IMG/VR virus record: IMGVR_UViG_3300011429_000087
Coordinates: 100,552-164,551 of that record
Strand: one strand, 5' to 3'
Length of the DNA: 64,000 bases
Source: a virus
Lineage: Duplodnaviria; Caudoviricetes
Below, in pieces: positions 20,450-30,645 of the stretch (positions are counted from its first letter, which is position 1; every line of letters begins with the position of its first letter). The notes beneath the pieces were generated by a model. The model was not told the DNA's origin. It made no database searches and saw nothing but the letters and a program-made list of their open reading frames with translations. A program made the translations under genes and the position numbers.

Positions 20450-21420
20450 TAAATGCTCCGCTTAATAGCTTCCAAGGCTCCATTAAAGTCATTATGCTCA
20501 AAAAGGAACTTCTTATTACGAATGCATCCTGCTAACCATATCGGTAGGTCGCGTGCTTTAAAGTCCTCCTCCAAGACGAAATAATTAGGAATGTTATAAT
20601 CCACTGCGATTGTGGCCTCGCTCTTGGTCCCCGCACCCTTTAGGGCAGATTCATTAATCAGTGTTAGAACAGCGTCGCTATTCTTAATAGCTCCTAAGTC
20701 CTTCTCAATAAAAAGACCTCCCGCTCCAATATACTCTTCAAGAGTTAGTTGAGATATATTTATTCCATAACGATCGTGTACGGCGAATCCTTCAAATACT
20801 GGATTGAAAATATCATAGCCCGCCCTATAAAGAGCCGGACTAACGATACTACGCCAACTTGCTCCGCCATCGGGAGAAAACTGCTGGCCGCCCGAAAGAT
20901 AAATCATCTTGTGCCTGCGGGGATAACATGCCGTAAACATCGGCGTCTTATTGGGGGCGAACTCTCGTAAATAGCGTTGTGTTAAGAGCCAGAGATTAAT
21001 CTCGTCATGCTCAGACGATGGCTCTAAATTAACTGGATCTAATAGAATAGACCACTTCTTGTTGAAGGATTCACAGAAATTAAACTTCTGTTTTGGTGTC
21101 CAAACGGTTGCAGTAAAGTTGGTGGCATTTGTAGCCAACCATATAGCAATGGCTAATGGCGATAGTTTATCTACATACTCTTCTGGATAACGAGGGTCTT
21201 CGCTCTTGCTATTACTGAAAAACACCGACTCAATTTTTTGACGAAATATGTCCCATTCCTTTCGGGGCACTCTCCGTCGCATTTCTCTTAGAACCGTCTC
21301 AATCCATTCGCTAGTTAAAGTTAAATCAAGGGTATGTAAATCATTTGGGCCGTCACATGAACCGCCGCTCATATGAAGGCCCACTAGTATTGCTTTATCG
21401 TGCGAGGTTAATTTAGTCAT
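20449..21420 (-). CDS. Nucleoside 2-deoxyribosyltransferase-like domain fused to a degenerate LAGLIDADG-like N-terminal domain
   Basis: IYLSGG..WR..FNP..DLGAIKNSD..GAGTKSE; N-terminal ILVGLHMSGGS and LSPLAIAIW. Confidence 0.65.
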   Translation of the reverse strand: MTKLTSHDKAILVGLHMSGGSCDGPNDLHTLDLTLTSEWIETVLREMRRRVPRKEWDIFRQKIESVFFSNSKSEDPRYPEEYVDKLSPLAIAIWLATNATNFTATVWTPKQKFNFCESFNKKWSILLDPVNLEPSSEHDEINLWLLTQRYLREFAPNKTPMFTACYPRRHKMIYLSGGQQFSPDGGASWRSIVSPALYRAGYDIFNPVFEGFAVHDRYGINISQLTLEEYIGAGGLFIEKDLGAIKNSDAVLTLINESALKGAGTKSEATIAVDYNIPNYFVLEEDFKARDLPIWLAGCIRNKKFLFEHNDFNGALEAIKRSI

Positions 21421-21638
21421 ACTTTTGGTGCTTTCGGTCGGGGAATCGGCCCCATCCAATATCCCCCTTCGGGGAATTTCTCATCAAACAGTTCCGTTCC
21501 CATATACATGATATACGCTTCTGCTGAACCTTCTGGATCTCTTGGCATGCTAACTTCGTAAATACTTACGCCATACGCATGAGCATGCCAGTAAAGTCCA
21601 TTAATCTTCGGTCGTTCCTTTGTCCACTTTAGATTCAT
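21417..21638 (-). CDS. Small phage protein, paralogue of 59854..60072
   Basis: KWTK..P...G.YW...W.GPIP.P. Confidence 0.55.
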   Translation of the reverse strand: MNLKWTKERPKINGLYWHAHAYGVSIYEVSMPRDPEGSAEAYIMYMGTELFDEKFPEGGYWMGPIPRPKAPKV

Positions 21639-21792
21639 TAACTAACTCCCGTTATATAGTCAATCCTCCAGCACGTTAAAAGCCGTGCCTACGCCAAGCA
21701 AAATCGTGACGCCAGCGAATGCTATAATAAGGACCGGCAAACCTATAGTACAGCCAATCCAAAACAATATCTTTTCTTTTCGATCAAGTTTC

Positions 21793-22893
21793 TTATAGCG
21801 TAATCGAATTGTCATGTTTTAACTCCTTCACAAGTTGTTCTTCCGTCATCTTCCATAACCACTCTGTTGGCTGTTTATTGGATAGTAATTGAAATACACC
21901 GGCCTGATATTCGTGCGGCACATTTGCCTGAATCCAAATGGCATGATATTTACGCCATATTTTAGGATCATAGGTTGGCCCATCCGACGGGTTAAGGCCG
22001 CTTACTTTCTTCCACCATTCATTGATTTCTGCGTTAATTTTATTATAACGATTCTGTACCAACGCAATTACATCGTCTAGGACCACTCGCCACGTTGGCG
22101 GGCACTGAGCGGCCACCGCCGCTATCGAACCGTCTCGACAGCCCTCTACGACGCGAGGAATCGAGACATTAGTGAGGAAGCGGTGGGCCATTACGTAGAC
22201 TGGCGACTTCGCCTTAACTCGGAGGCCCGACGCAAAGCGTATGACGTAGCCCTCTTCATTCTCTGCGAACGGAAGGTTGCCTAGATCGGTGTGTCCACAA
22301 ATCTTGGGACGCCCGAAACCACAAAAGATGGCTAGATCATTTACCTGTTGCGTGGGCCATTCTGAGCCGTCTCGATTAAAGACAGTTAATAGAACGAGTT
22401 CACGCCGACCGGCGTAATCAACAACAATACGGTTCTCTGGATATAGGATCTCTACTATTGGAGTTACGTTGTCTGGAACTGTAGATAGATCGTACTCCGA
22501 GAGCATCTTCGTAGCTTCGCGTGCCTGTGGCGAATCCATAGAGCCGGGTGTAGCTACGGCCCACTCGCCAGTAGGAAGCTTATACAATGACCCCATTGAG
22601 CCGTCTAGCTTCTCAAAGACTTCGAACGGCTCATTAGGAAGTTTTTCTAGGCTGGCTTCTGGACGCTCTCCAATATTGAAAAATTTTGGAAATGAGCGTG
22701 CGACAAGATCGCCGGTCGTAGTATTGAAAATAATGCCACGACACATGCGATTGATTGGATTCCAGCCATCTTCGAAGGCACAAACGTCAGTATACTTAAA
22801 AATGCTTAGATGTGGAAATGCCGGATGCGTCTGTTCGCTTACGCGAGCAGCCGCAACCTCGGCACGTATCATATCAAGCAAAGCCATCGTCAT
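21793..22893 (-). CDS. RNA ligase 1 (T4 RnlA family)
   Basis: CRGIIF, SFPKFFN, EKLDGS, EEGYVI, RVKAK. Confidence 0.9.
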   Translation of the reverse strand: MTMALLDMIRAEVAAARVSEQTHPAFPHLSIFKYTDVCAFEDGWNPINRMCRGIIFNTTTGDLVARSFPKFFNIGERPEASLEKLPNEPFEVFEKLDGSMGSLYKLPTGEWAVATPGSMDSPQAREATKMLSEYDLSTVPDNVTPIVEILYPENRIVVDYAGRRELVLLTVFNRDGSEWPTQQVNDLAIFCGFGRPKICGHTDLGNLPFAENEEGYVIRFASGLRVKAKSPVYVMAHRFLTNVSIPRVVEGCRDGSIAAVAAQCPPTWRVVLDDVIALVQNRYNKINAEINEWWKKVSGLNPSDGPTYDPKIWRKYHAIWIQANVPHEYQAGVFQLLSNKQPTEWLWKMTEEQLVKELKHDNSITL

Positions 22894-23439
22894 TAGATCA
22901 CCTGAATCCATTTAGAGTTTTGCCAACGAACCCCATTCTTATTGAGGCCAACCACTAGCATATCACCGGCAGTCAAATTGTCAACCGCAACCGACCAGAA
23001 ATCATTGACTGCTTGCTCTGGCGTCTTGCCGTGAGTTTTAGCAGAAACTACATCAATTAGGCCGTTATCTGCTCTTTGCAGACGAATCTGCGTTGATAGA
23101 TACCACGTATTCTTGGCACTGAGTTTAAGTGCCAAATTGGGATCAATCTGATTAAGCCGAGCGAACTTCTCAAGCCATGTTAGACTATAGTTCATGGGTA
23201 CATCTCACTTAAATGATCTTGTATACCAATATAAATTGGCTTAGGTATAGACTCTCTCATAAACATATCTTCATTTTCAAAGAGTTTAGCCGCCCTAGTA
23301 TATTGACGCTTCAATAAAAAATTACATATCTTTAACATAGCATGTAAATCATCGGCCGAATGATTTCGTAATCTTCCAGTGCCCTTGTTAATAGCCCTTA
23401 AGATTGTACGTCTCCAACCTCTAATATTTTGTGGATTAA

Positions 23440-24138
23440 TCATTTGCCAAACTTTCCGGCAATTGCCTTAGCACATTCTCGACGAACTCTTTCGTCCAGT
23501 TTCGCCATTGGAACACCAGTGGTGAAACTATGGAAATAATCACCAATTTTGTTACGAGTTTCAAACACTATCTTGGCAGCGTCCATCAATGCTCGTCCCT
23601 GTGGGTATGGCCTATTGATAAATGTTGGACCACGTCCCTGAGCATCTGCTTGTGCCACTAACGCCACGCTATTCACATAATCACCAAGTCTTTGGATAAG
23701 ATCAACCTTCTTTACTGGCCTAAGATCAAAAAATCTATGAACATTAAGATGGTCGCGAGCACAAGCAACTGCCACATCCGTCCACTCTTGAGGCACATTA
23801 AATCTTGCTCCAAGAGCCATAGTAGGTTCAATACCCAAGAATTCGTGGTCGTAGTGGTGGGGAAGATTATCTGTAGGAGTTAATGCCTTACCAAGATCGT
23901 GACACATAGCCGCCCACAATTCATCCATTGTAACGTCGAGTTCAAATGCTCTATCCACAACCAATAGAGTATGGACGAACGCATCCCCCTCGGGATGATG
24001 TTGAGGAGGCTGGATGCGGCCTTTCAGGGCAGTAATCTCTGGCGGCAAAATACCAAGCCGATCTGCTTCGAGTAGAACGTCACTAGGCTTTGGACGCTCC
24101 AGAAGGCCGTCAAAGAAGAAGTGGAAAAAGTTATTCAT
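23440..24138 (-). CDS. HD-domain phosphohydrolase, like the HD domain of multifunctional CCA-adding enzyme
   Basis: QPPQHHPEGDAFVHT, CHDLGKALTP, HHYDHE, ADAQGR. Confidence 0.85.
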   Translation of the reverse strand: MNNFFHFFFDGLLERPKPSDVLLEADRLGILPPEITALKGRIQPPQHHPEGDAFVHTLLVVDRAFELDVTMDELWAAMCHDLGKALTPTDNLPHHYDHEFLGIEPTMALGARFNVPQEWTDVAVACARDHLNVHRFFDLRPVKKVDLIQRLGDYVNSVALVAQADAQGRGPTFINRPYPQGRALMDAAKIVFETRNKIGDYFHSFTTGVPMAKLDERVRRECAKAIAGKFGK

Positions 24139-24146
24139 GGTTTTAC

Positions 24147-25175
24147 TTAGATCCGATAGAGTAGCGTAGTGTTACCTACTAGGTGACGATTATAAGAAGT
24201 GCTCTCAACGAAGAGGGTAAATTCGCCGTGCGTTCCAGGACGCAGCCGGATATCTTGCCCTGCTGGCAAGCCAAGTTTCCGACGGGCCTGTTCACCACCA
24301 TACAATGCTCCGGTCTGTTTGTCAAGAATCATAAGGTTCTTTGTTGAAGCAACTTTCTCTGGCTTTGTGAGTTCATAGAAGGCATGCCCCACAGAATAGG
24401 TTAGTCCTTTACTTCGAACGAAAGCTGCAATTTCAGTATTTTGATCCCTAGAATCAACCCGGAATCGTTTGAATTGCGTAGTAAGATCGGTCATGCGGTT
24501 AACATCACCCGGGGTGACGGCATCCATGTTAGCCATATAAGACTGAGTTGATTGACGCACGCTCTGACCGCTCCCACGGCTGGCAAAATAGCCCCGTGAT
24601 CCGGCGTTATTTCTTACAAGATAGTCGGCCACACCTTCGTCTGTAGCTTCCCAGGGCCGAACATTGTAGGCTGGAATCCCCATGTCAGTTAGATAATGCT
24701 CACCCCCGGGCGGGCAGTTACCAACAATACTGATATTTTCATCGGCCAGAGCACGACCGATGAGTGTCCGGATAGCATTTAGATCATAGATTTTCGACTC
24801 ATTCTCTTGACCGTCTGTAATCACTACGATAAGAAGACCGTCATCCTTACGCTTCTGATTAATACCAATTCTAATGGCATCCGCCACGGCATCGTAAAGA
24901 GCCGTCCCGCCACCTGGATTATAGTTAGAAGCATTGAAGTTCGTTTCTGCCGGTTTTACCACGTTGCTAAAACGAATCGTTGAGAGATCGGCCCTCTGAT
25001 TGGTATTTTTAGCTTCCTGTGTCAGCGTATCAACCTGATTCTTGAATGCATTTCGGGCCGACTCACGAATACCACGCATCGAACCGCTCTCGTCCAATAC
25101 AAGCTTAATGTAATTGATAGGACGACGCTTATGGTTCTTACGAGCCTTCTCTACTAGTTTGGCAAAGTTGTTCAT
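24147..25175 (-). CDS. vWA-domain protein
   Basis: LDESGSM MIDAS, GGTALYDA, VITDGQENES. Confidence 0.85.
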   Translation of the reverse strand: MNNFAKLVEKARKNHKRRPINYIKLVLDESGSMRGIRESARNAFKNQVDTLTQEAKNTNQRADLSTIRFSNVVKPAETNFNASNYNPGGGTALYDAVADAIRIGINQKRKDDGLLIVVITDGQENESKIYDLNAIRTLIGRALADENISIVGNCPPGGEHYLTDMGIPAYNVRPWEATDEGVADYLVRNNAGSRGYFASRGSGQSVRQSTQSYMANMDAVTPGDVNRMTDLTTQFKRFRVDSRDQNTEIAAFVRSKGLTYSVGHAFYELTKPEKVASTKNLMILDKQTGALYGGEQARRKLGLPAGQDIRLRPGTHGEFTLFVESTSYNRHLVGNTTLLYRI

Positions 25176-25642
25176 TTCCCATTAACTCCATTTTTAAAGA
25201 TTGACAAATCTGACCATTCGGTTTCTCCGTCCACCGGAATATAACGCATGATCTGTTTTTTAAGCACTTCCAAGGGTACATTATGCTTGTTCCTGAGGAA
25301 CAATTCGGAGGGAATCCAGGGACCGGGAGTGCGAATTACTTCATATTCTGCTCCGCACTTTTTGGCAACGTCGATGTAGGTATTGACCTCGGTAAGAGTT
25401 GTGGAGGTATTGGAAACGATCACGAATTCGTGGGATGAATTCTTGTCCATAAGTGCTTCGATCGCCTTTGTCCGGCACCAGACGTGAGCTTGTCCGAGCT
25501 TACGAGGATCGAATTGATAATTGCCATTCTTGCTAAAAAAATCATCAGACTCGAACCAATTGACTTTTGGTTCTCCACCAAGATGTTGGGCAATAGTGCT
25601 CTTGCCAGAGCCGGATGGGCCACGAATTATAATGAGTTTCAT
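25172..25642 (-). CDS. P-loop kinase (AAA_33 / polynucleotide-kinase-like)
   Basis: IRGPSGSGKST, SDDFF, VSNT, RNKHNVP. Confidence 0.8.
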   Translation of the reverse strand: MKLIIIRGPSGSGKSTIAQHLGGEPKVNWFESDDFFSKNGNYQFDPRKLGQAHVWCRTKAIEALMDKNSSHEFVIVSNTSTTLTEVNTYIDVAKKCGAEYEVIRTPGPWIPSELFLRNKHNVPLEVLKKQIMRYIPVDGETEWSDLSIFKNGVNGK

Positions 25643-26154
25643 GCTTTAGATGTAATTTCGTAAACGCCAGGGCCAATACATGTTAATCCCCATACATTAA
25701 TAGATTAAGAGTAGCTAAAACGTCTCGTAGCTGAGGTAATGTGCCTTCGCTAATTCTCTTGCAGTTCGCTAGGCGGTCTTTTAGATCACTATCTGATTCT
25801 TCTTTATATTTACGTTTACCGTCTGGTTCTAGCGTCTCTTTTGTTCTACGTTGCCCGTTAGGATGCCACATACGCTCATGTCCAGACTCAAATAGAATGA
25901 TAATGTCTTCAATAACCTTGATTCGCTCTGAAAGAGGCGAGGTTGGATATACTACAGGAGGTTGCATCAAAAATCCCCGTCATCATCCTCGTCTTCGTCA
26001 TCGAAACGCTTTTTGTGGCGGCGACGATTAAGATCGTGTTTGGCGTCCTGTTTATGTGGCTGATTACCAAATCGTTTGCCGCAATTTGCACATTCAGGAT
26101 CTTTATCGCCATTATAAGAGCCGCAATCTGTACACTGAATCAACTTCATATTAC

Positions 26155-26493
26155 TCATTTTGACCAATCCACTGACAAGTTATGTTCCTTAATAAGAGCC
26201 ATGCAATCATCACACGGCTTACTGAGCTTCATTTCGCCACGCTTGTTGATACGAATCACGTAAATACTATAACCAGAAAGATCACTTTTATTCAGAATAC
26301 TCAGAGCCTTAGCAACTGCCCTAACTTCTGCATGGCAAGTTGTATATGGGCCAGATCCTTTAGGGTGCGTCTTATAAGGGACGTTAAAAGCCCCGGTAAT
26401 CGGACGCCCCCTCTTATGGATAACCGCTCCGTGCCGGTAATGTTCGCACGGAGACTGAAGGGCCAACTTCATGGCGTGCTTCGTGTTTGTCAT
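26155..26493 (-). CDS. Cytidine-deaminase-like Zn protein of unknown substrate
   Basis: HGAV, CHAEVRA, SKPCDDC. Confidence 0.8.
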   Translation of the reverse strand: MTNTKHAMKLALQSPCEHYRHGAVIHKRGRPITGAFNVPYKTHPKGSGPYTTCHAEVRAVAKALSILNKSDLSGYSIYVIRINKRGEMKLSKPCDDCMALIKEHNLSVDWSK

Positions 26494-26812
26494 GGCCGCT
26501 ATTCTACAACGGGGCCGCTGCCAGTCAAGTTATTTTTTGAGGAATTTTTTTCGTAGCGGTTGCACTCTAGAACTTCTGAAAATTGCACCGGCTCTATCTC
26601 TGGATTCTTTACGGGATTCCAGAAACAAATGACCGTGTATCCTTCATTTCTAATTTCTGTCTGCTTAGGCTCTGGCTTAATAGTATCTTTATCTTCCCAT
26701 TCGTCCTTATCCTCATCGTCAGAATCGGAAAGAAGAATAGTGGCTTTTTCGGTTTGACGGACGCATAGGCCGTGTATGCATGTAAAGCAAAGAGGACGAG
26801 CATTTTTATTAG

Positions 26813-27391
26813 TCATGACTTTTCCAATTTCATTTTATATCTTTCTTTTATGTCTTTTCTACAAGTTCTGCAAACTCGCCCCCCGTTTGGCAATACATAA
26901 GTATTTTTTATTGTAAATTCGTGAGATCGCTTACAGTGAGTTTTTCTAGCGTTTTGGGCACATATTCCGTAACCACGTAGTACGTTCTCTGCATTAGTGA
27001 CCAACTCCATATGTATCGGATTAATACATGCCCTATTTCTACATAAATGATCTATAGTCAGAATATCATTTATTGGACCGTATATTTGTTCGTAGCACCA
27101 TCTGTGTGCTTGCCAAGTTTCACCTTCATAAGAGAAATTACCATAACCATCACGATCTTTATAACCAGCCCATTCAATACATCGTATACCGTTAAATAAT
27201 TTATCTGTAAATAAAAGATGGGAATTAAATCTTGTAATTGGATCTGTACGAGATAATACACGTAATCTATACGTTTCTTTTCTTAAGCTTTTTTCTGTTC
27301 TTTTAAGTATATCTAATAAATCTTTTGTGGGAATGACGCCATAAAAATCTATTAATATCTGTTTGTCTTCATTTGTCCATGAACCAATCAT
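26813..27391 (-). CDS. HNH homing endonuclease
   Basis: CIEW..GYG..AHR..IDHLCRNRACINP.H. Confidence 0.9.
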   Translation of the reverse strand: MIGSWTNEDKQILIDFYGVIPTKDLLDILKRTEKSLRKETYRLRVLSRTDPITRFNSHLLFTDKLFNGIRCIEWAGYKDRDGYGNFSYEGETWQAHRWCYEQIYGPINDILTIDHLCRNRACINPIHMELVTNAENVLRGYGICAQNARKTHCKRSHEFTIKNTYVLPNGGRVCRTCRKDIKERYKMKLEKS

Positions 27392-28383
27392 GATTTTAAT
27401 AAGTAATCCGATCCAACTATTTTTAATTTAATTCTTCCATATTTTGGATGGGTTTTATCTGGCACAGGTTGTAAAACCACGCCTTCTTTAATATGTGTGA
27501 CATTGGGAACGGTCGTTTGACCTTCAGATAGAGCTTTTGTATCTTCTATATTAAATGGTCCTCGATATAAAATAGGAACCCATTTAGTTTCGTCGGTCGT
27601 CATACAATCGTCATTAAGTGTGGCTAGCCAAACTGCTTCATCAAAGTTTAGCCATTGTCCTTTGTAAAAAATATCAAAGGCTCTAAAGAAAACTTGGTTA
27701 CTTGTACGACCATACGGAAATCCCTTAAGATGACCATAGATTTCTCCATAGAGCATGTGGTCGGGACTTGCTTCGCAGAATTTTTTTATCCACGGATTTT
27801 GCTCCAGACATTGCCACCATAGACTATTTGGATCTTCCATCTTCCATTCTTTGCATCCGGCAAACATCTTGCCATGGGTAAATACAAAGCGTCCTGTTGA
27901 ACCTTCTAATTTTTCAGAGATAACTACTTCTTCGCCCTCAGTTAGCAAGGCTGTACGGTTATAATAATTATCAAGATCATAGACCGGCCAATATCCATTG
28001 GGGCCTTGGCATGAAGCCCCTTTGGTGCTTAGGGCGTGTAGTTCTGACTCGTATCTTTCGACCTGAAGGCGTTCTAGGTAATTCTCGCCGAGTACAGCGT
28101 CATCAGGGGCAGGGATCAAAAAGCCATACGAAGTAACCCCACGTAACTTCTGTACCCTAACTCTATGTTTTGGGCCATGCCCAGGCTTCGCTAACCAACT
28201 AAACTCGCTCCGCGTTGTATCCACCACGTAGTCCGGTGGAATATAAATTCCTTTTTCTACACCTTCCCACTGTGCAGAATTAATGCATACGGTCCAACCG
28301 TCGACCTTGACAAGACTAAGCTTGTCGGCATTTGGATGTTTCTCTTTAATAATTTGAACCACTGGGATTAGATGATCTGACAT
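27388..28383 (-). CDS. RNA ligase, DRB0094 family
   Basis: N-terminal HPNADKL OB module, SEKLEGS, LYGEIYG, FRAFDI, KEGVV, KLKIV. Confidence 0.85.
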   Translation of the reverse strand: MSDHLIPVVQIIKEKHPNADKLSLVKVDGWTVCINSAQWEGVEKGIYIPPDYVVDTTRSEFSWLAKPGHGPKHRVRVQKLRGVTSYGFLIPAPDDAVLGENYLERLQVERYESELHALSTKGASCQGPNGYWPVYDLDNYYNRTALLTEGEEVVISEKLEGSTGRFVFTHGKMFAGCKEWKMEDPNSLWWQCLEQNPWIKKFCEASPDHMLYGEIYGHLKGFPYGRTSNQVFFRAFDIFYKGQWLNFDEAVWLATLNDDCMTTDETKWVPILYRGPFNIEDTKALSEGQTTVPNVTHIKEGVVLQPVPDKTHPKYGRIKLKIVGSDYLLKS

Positions 28384-28402
28384 TATATACCTTTAGTAAA
28401 AA

Positions 28403-28476
28403 TGGTGGGTCCAGAAAGGATCGAACTTTCGTCTCCTGCTTAAGAGGCAGAAGCTCTACCATTGAGCTATGGACCC
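28403..28476 (-). tRNA. tRNA-Lys(CTT)
   Basis: Cloverleaf, loop CTCTTAA, encoded CCA. Confidence 0.9.
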
Positions 28477-28479
28477 TAG

Positions 28480-28555
28480 TGGTCCGCATGGTAGGAGTCG
28501 CACCTACAGCCTTTTCCGTGTAAAAGAATTGCTCCACTGTTGAGCTACACGCGGA
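28480..28555 (-). tRNA. tRNA-Val(TAC)
   Basis: Loop TTTACAC, T-loop TGCGACT, CCA. Confidence 0.85.
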
Positions 28556-28635
28556 TGGTCTAGGTGGCAGGAGTCGAACCTGCGAACTTCCACGTTCCAA
28601 ACGTGGCACTCTGGCCAAACTGAGTTACACCTAGA
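28556..28635 (-). tRNA. tRNA-Pro(TGG)
   Basis: CCACG-TTTGGAA-CGTGG, CCA. Confidence 0.9.
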
Positions 28636-28912
28636 TAAAATCTTATCAACTTTCGTCTCTAATTAACAGGAATCTTGAAATCCCCATTATTTCTAATCAC
28701 ATTAAGCATGATAGCACGGAGACGTTTTGTATTATCACTATATCTCTGTCCCCAATCGGCAGCTAGGATAAGTTAGTTATATACACATAAGTTCCCGCCG
28801 TAGCGATATATCGCCCAAGCCTAAGTTGCTTGAGTACGTCTCTAGCAATCCTTACACACATATTACGGTTACGCCTTGACATGACTGTTCCTTGTAATGT
28901 TATGGTAGAATA

Positions 28913-28989
28913 GTGGGAAGGTTGGGCTTGAACCAACTTTATTGGCGAGTATGCCAGTGGTTTATCCTGTCGAGTTAACCTACCTCCCG
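28913..28989 (-). ncRNA. Atypical tRNA-like element (C1:A72, 14-nt D loop, 6-nt anticodon loop, no CCA)
   Basis: Acceptor, D and T stems pair; loop ATACTC. Confidence 0.6.
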
Positions 28990-28995
28990 TAATAG

Positions 28996-29238
28996 TTAGC
29001 TCTGGCTGTTGCTGGGGGCCACGGTGGTCGCCGGAGCCGTGGATGGAGTCACGGCCGCAACGGTAGGGCGGGCGGCGTAACGAGCGGTACGCTCGGAAGC
29101 AATGAACTCCGCTAGAGCCTCCTCACGCTTAATGGCACGGGCCTTCTGATCCTTCGTCATGCGGAAGCGATGGCCGGTCGTGGCCTGGAAAGTATCTAAT
29201 GTAAGAGAATTGAGATCGACAGTTACGGGTAGTTCCAT
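28996..29238 (-). CDS. Small protein with one LTL..F...TG.RFR repeat
   Basis: AGGAG SD; motif shared with 46214..46693. Confidence 0.65.
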   Translation of the reverse strand: MELPVTVDLNSLTLDTFQATTGHRFRMTKDQKARAIKREEALAEFIASERTARYAARPTVAAVTPSTAPATTVAPSNSQS

Positions 29239-29287
29239 TTTAAGCTCCTAAAGCGTCCCCGAAGGGACTATGTTTAATGACAGCCTA

Positions 29288-29689
29288 TTATGCACGCTTG
29301 GTAGCGTCATTTAATTTATTTTTAATTCTATTCCTTAGAGGTTTTCCAGAAGCCAGAACTTTGTCAGGATGTCCGCCGGCCCACGGCACAGCATGAAGCG
29401 GCATATTCTCTAGCCAGTCTTGTACGGTCGGAATAAACCCCAAGTCATCAATAATATGTTGCTCGACAACTTCACGCACAGCAATTACTCTACCTTCGGA
29501 GTTCTTGAAAGCATGTCCGAAAACACGCTCCACAATAAAGCACCCAAAAGCGTTGTGCAGCAAAGCTCGATGCCTAACGTCAGGCATGGTCGCCTTGCTT
29601 CCGTCAATGAAGTCATGGATGGCAGAATAATCCTCGGGTTTGCCTCCCCAACGTTTCATTGATGAAAGTGCGTGAAAATGCGAGTTCAT
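29288..29689 (-). CDS. DUF6915-like phage protein
   Basis: HALSS..WGG..EDY..IH.FID.SK...RHRALLH. Confidence 0.6.
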   Translation of the reverse strand: MNSHFHALSSMKRWGGKPEDYSAIHDFIDGSKATMPDVRHRALLHNAFGCFIVERVFGHAFKNSEGRVIAVREVVEQHIIDDLGFIPTVQDWLENMPLHAVPWAGGHPDKVLASGKPLRNRIKNKLNDATKRA

Positions 29690-30088
29690 TTAATCGTGTT
29701 CGCAATCGTCCTGTTCGATCGTGCCATTGCGGAATACAGTAATAGTCGTATGATCACCGAAGATTTGTTCTAGGATTTCTTCATCTGGAAGCTGAAAATT
29801 CCAATCAAATTCGCCATCAAGAAAGTGGTAAGAGTCTTCGAACCCATTCTCATAATCACCAGCATCTTCCGCCATACCATTAAGTCGCACCGTCGCTTCA
29901 TGAACCCTAAAGATACATGGATCGCCATCATTGAAATATGGCGTGTATTGACGCCAACGAATTTTTTCCAGTTTTGGATTGGCGTCAAAGACCGGCCCGA
30001 AGAAATCTCTGATCCCATCCTTACCAATAGCAAGAATCTTAGCCTTTAGTTCTTTTTGTAGTTTCTTAATCTCTTCAAATTTATTCAT
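29690..30088 (-). CDS. Conserved phage hypothetical protein
   Basis: WRQYTPYFNDGDPC, IFGDH. Confidence 0.6.
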   Translation of the reverse strand: MNKFEEIKKLQKELKAKILAIGKDGIRDFFGPVFDANPKLEKIRWRQYTPYFNDGDPCIFRVHEATVRLNGMAEDAGDYENGFEDSYHFLDGEFDWNFQLPDEEILEQIFGDHTTITVFRNGTIEQDDCEHD

Positions 30089-30645
30089 TGATATGTCCTT
30101 TTGGCTAGTTAATTATGCACCTCGACGCATTTTATCCAAAGTTTCCTGAACGCGGCGACGCTGCCGCCGCTCAGTCATATTGCCAATTCCAGTAATAACT
30201 GTGACAATAGAATACACGATACCAATTACGCCTAAAATTGCCAGACAAATTCCCAAAGGCATCCATAGCGGAGAAGTAACCCACCACCATGACCATGTGG
30301 CGACCTCCCCTATACCAGCAAGCTTCAGGAATAGAAAAATTAGGAAGATAAAGCCGCTTAAGCCAATGCTGTTGGATTTGTTCATATTACTTAATTTCCA
30401 AAATACCACCGGATGTAGAAGTAATATATCTACGACCCTCGAATTCAATTATAGCAATAATAGATCCATTGCCATTAACGCAACCGATTTGATGAATATT
30501 TGCTTCGTTCTTTTTAAATGAATTAGGACTTGGTACTATAGCAGCAGACAAAATTATTAGAGGTGCCACTATCATACATACGTATCCAGCAATATTTTCT
30601 TTTTTCATTGGTAATTCCTTTACTGGTAAAGACCAGATGTGATTA

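Noticed and set aside
23440-24138. CCA-adding enzyme
   Set aside because: Only the HD phosphohydrolase portion is present; there is no nucleotidyltransferase head (GG.VRD/DxD).
28346-28618. 90-aa ORF, and similar ORFs at 36304 and 48370
   Set aside because: They run through tRNA genes or antisense to rIIB and are spurious.
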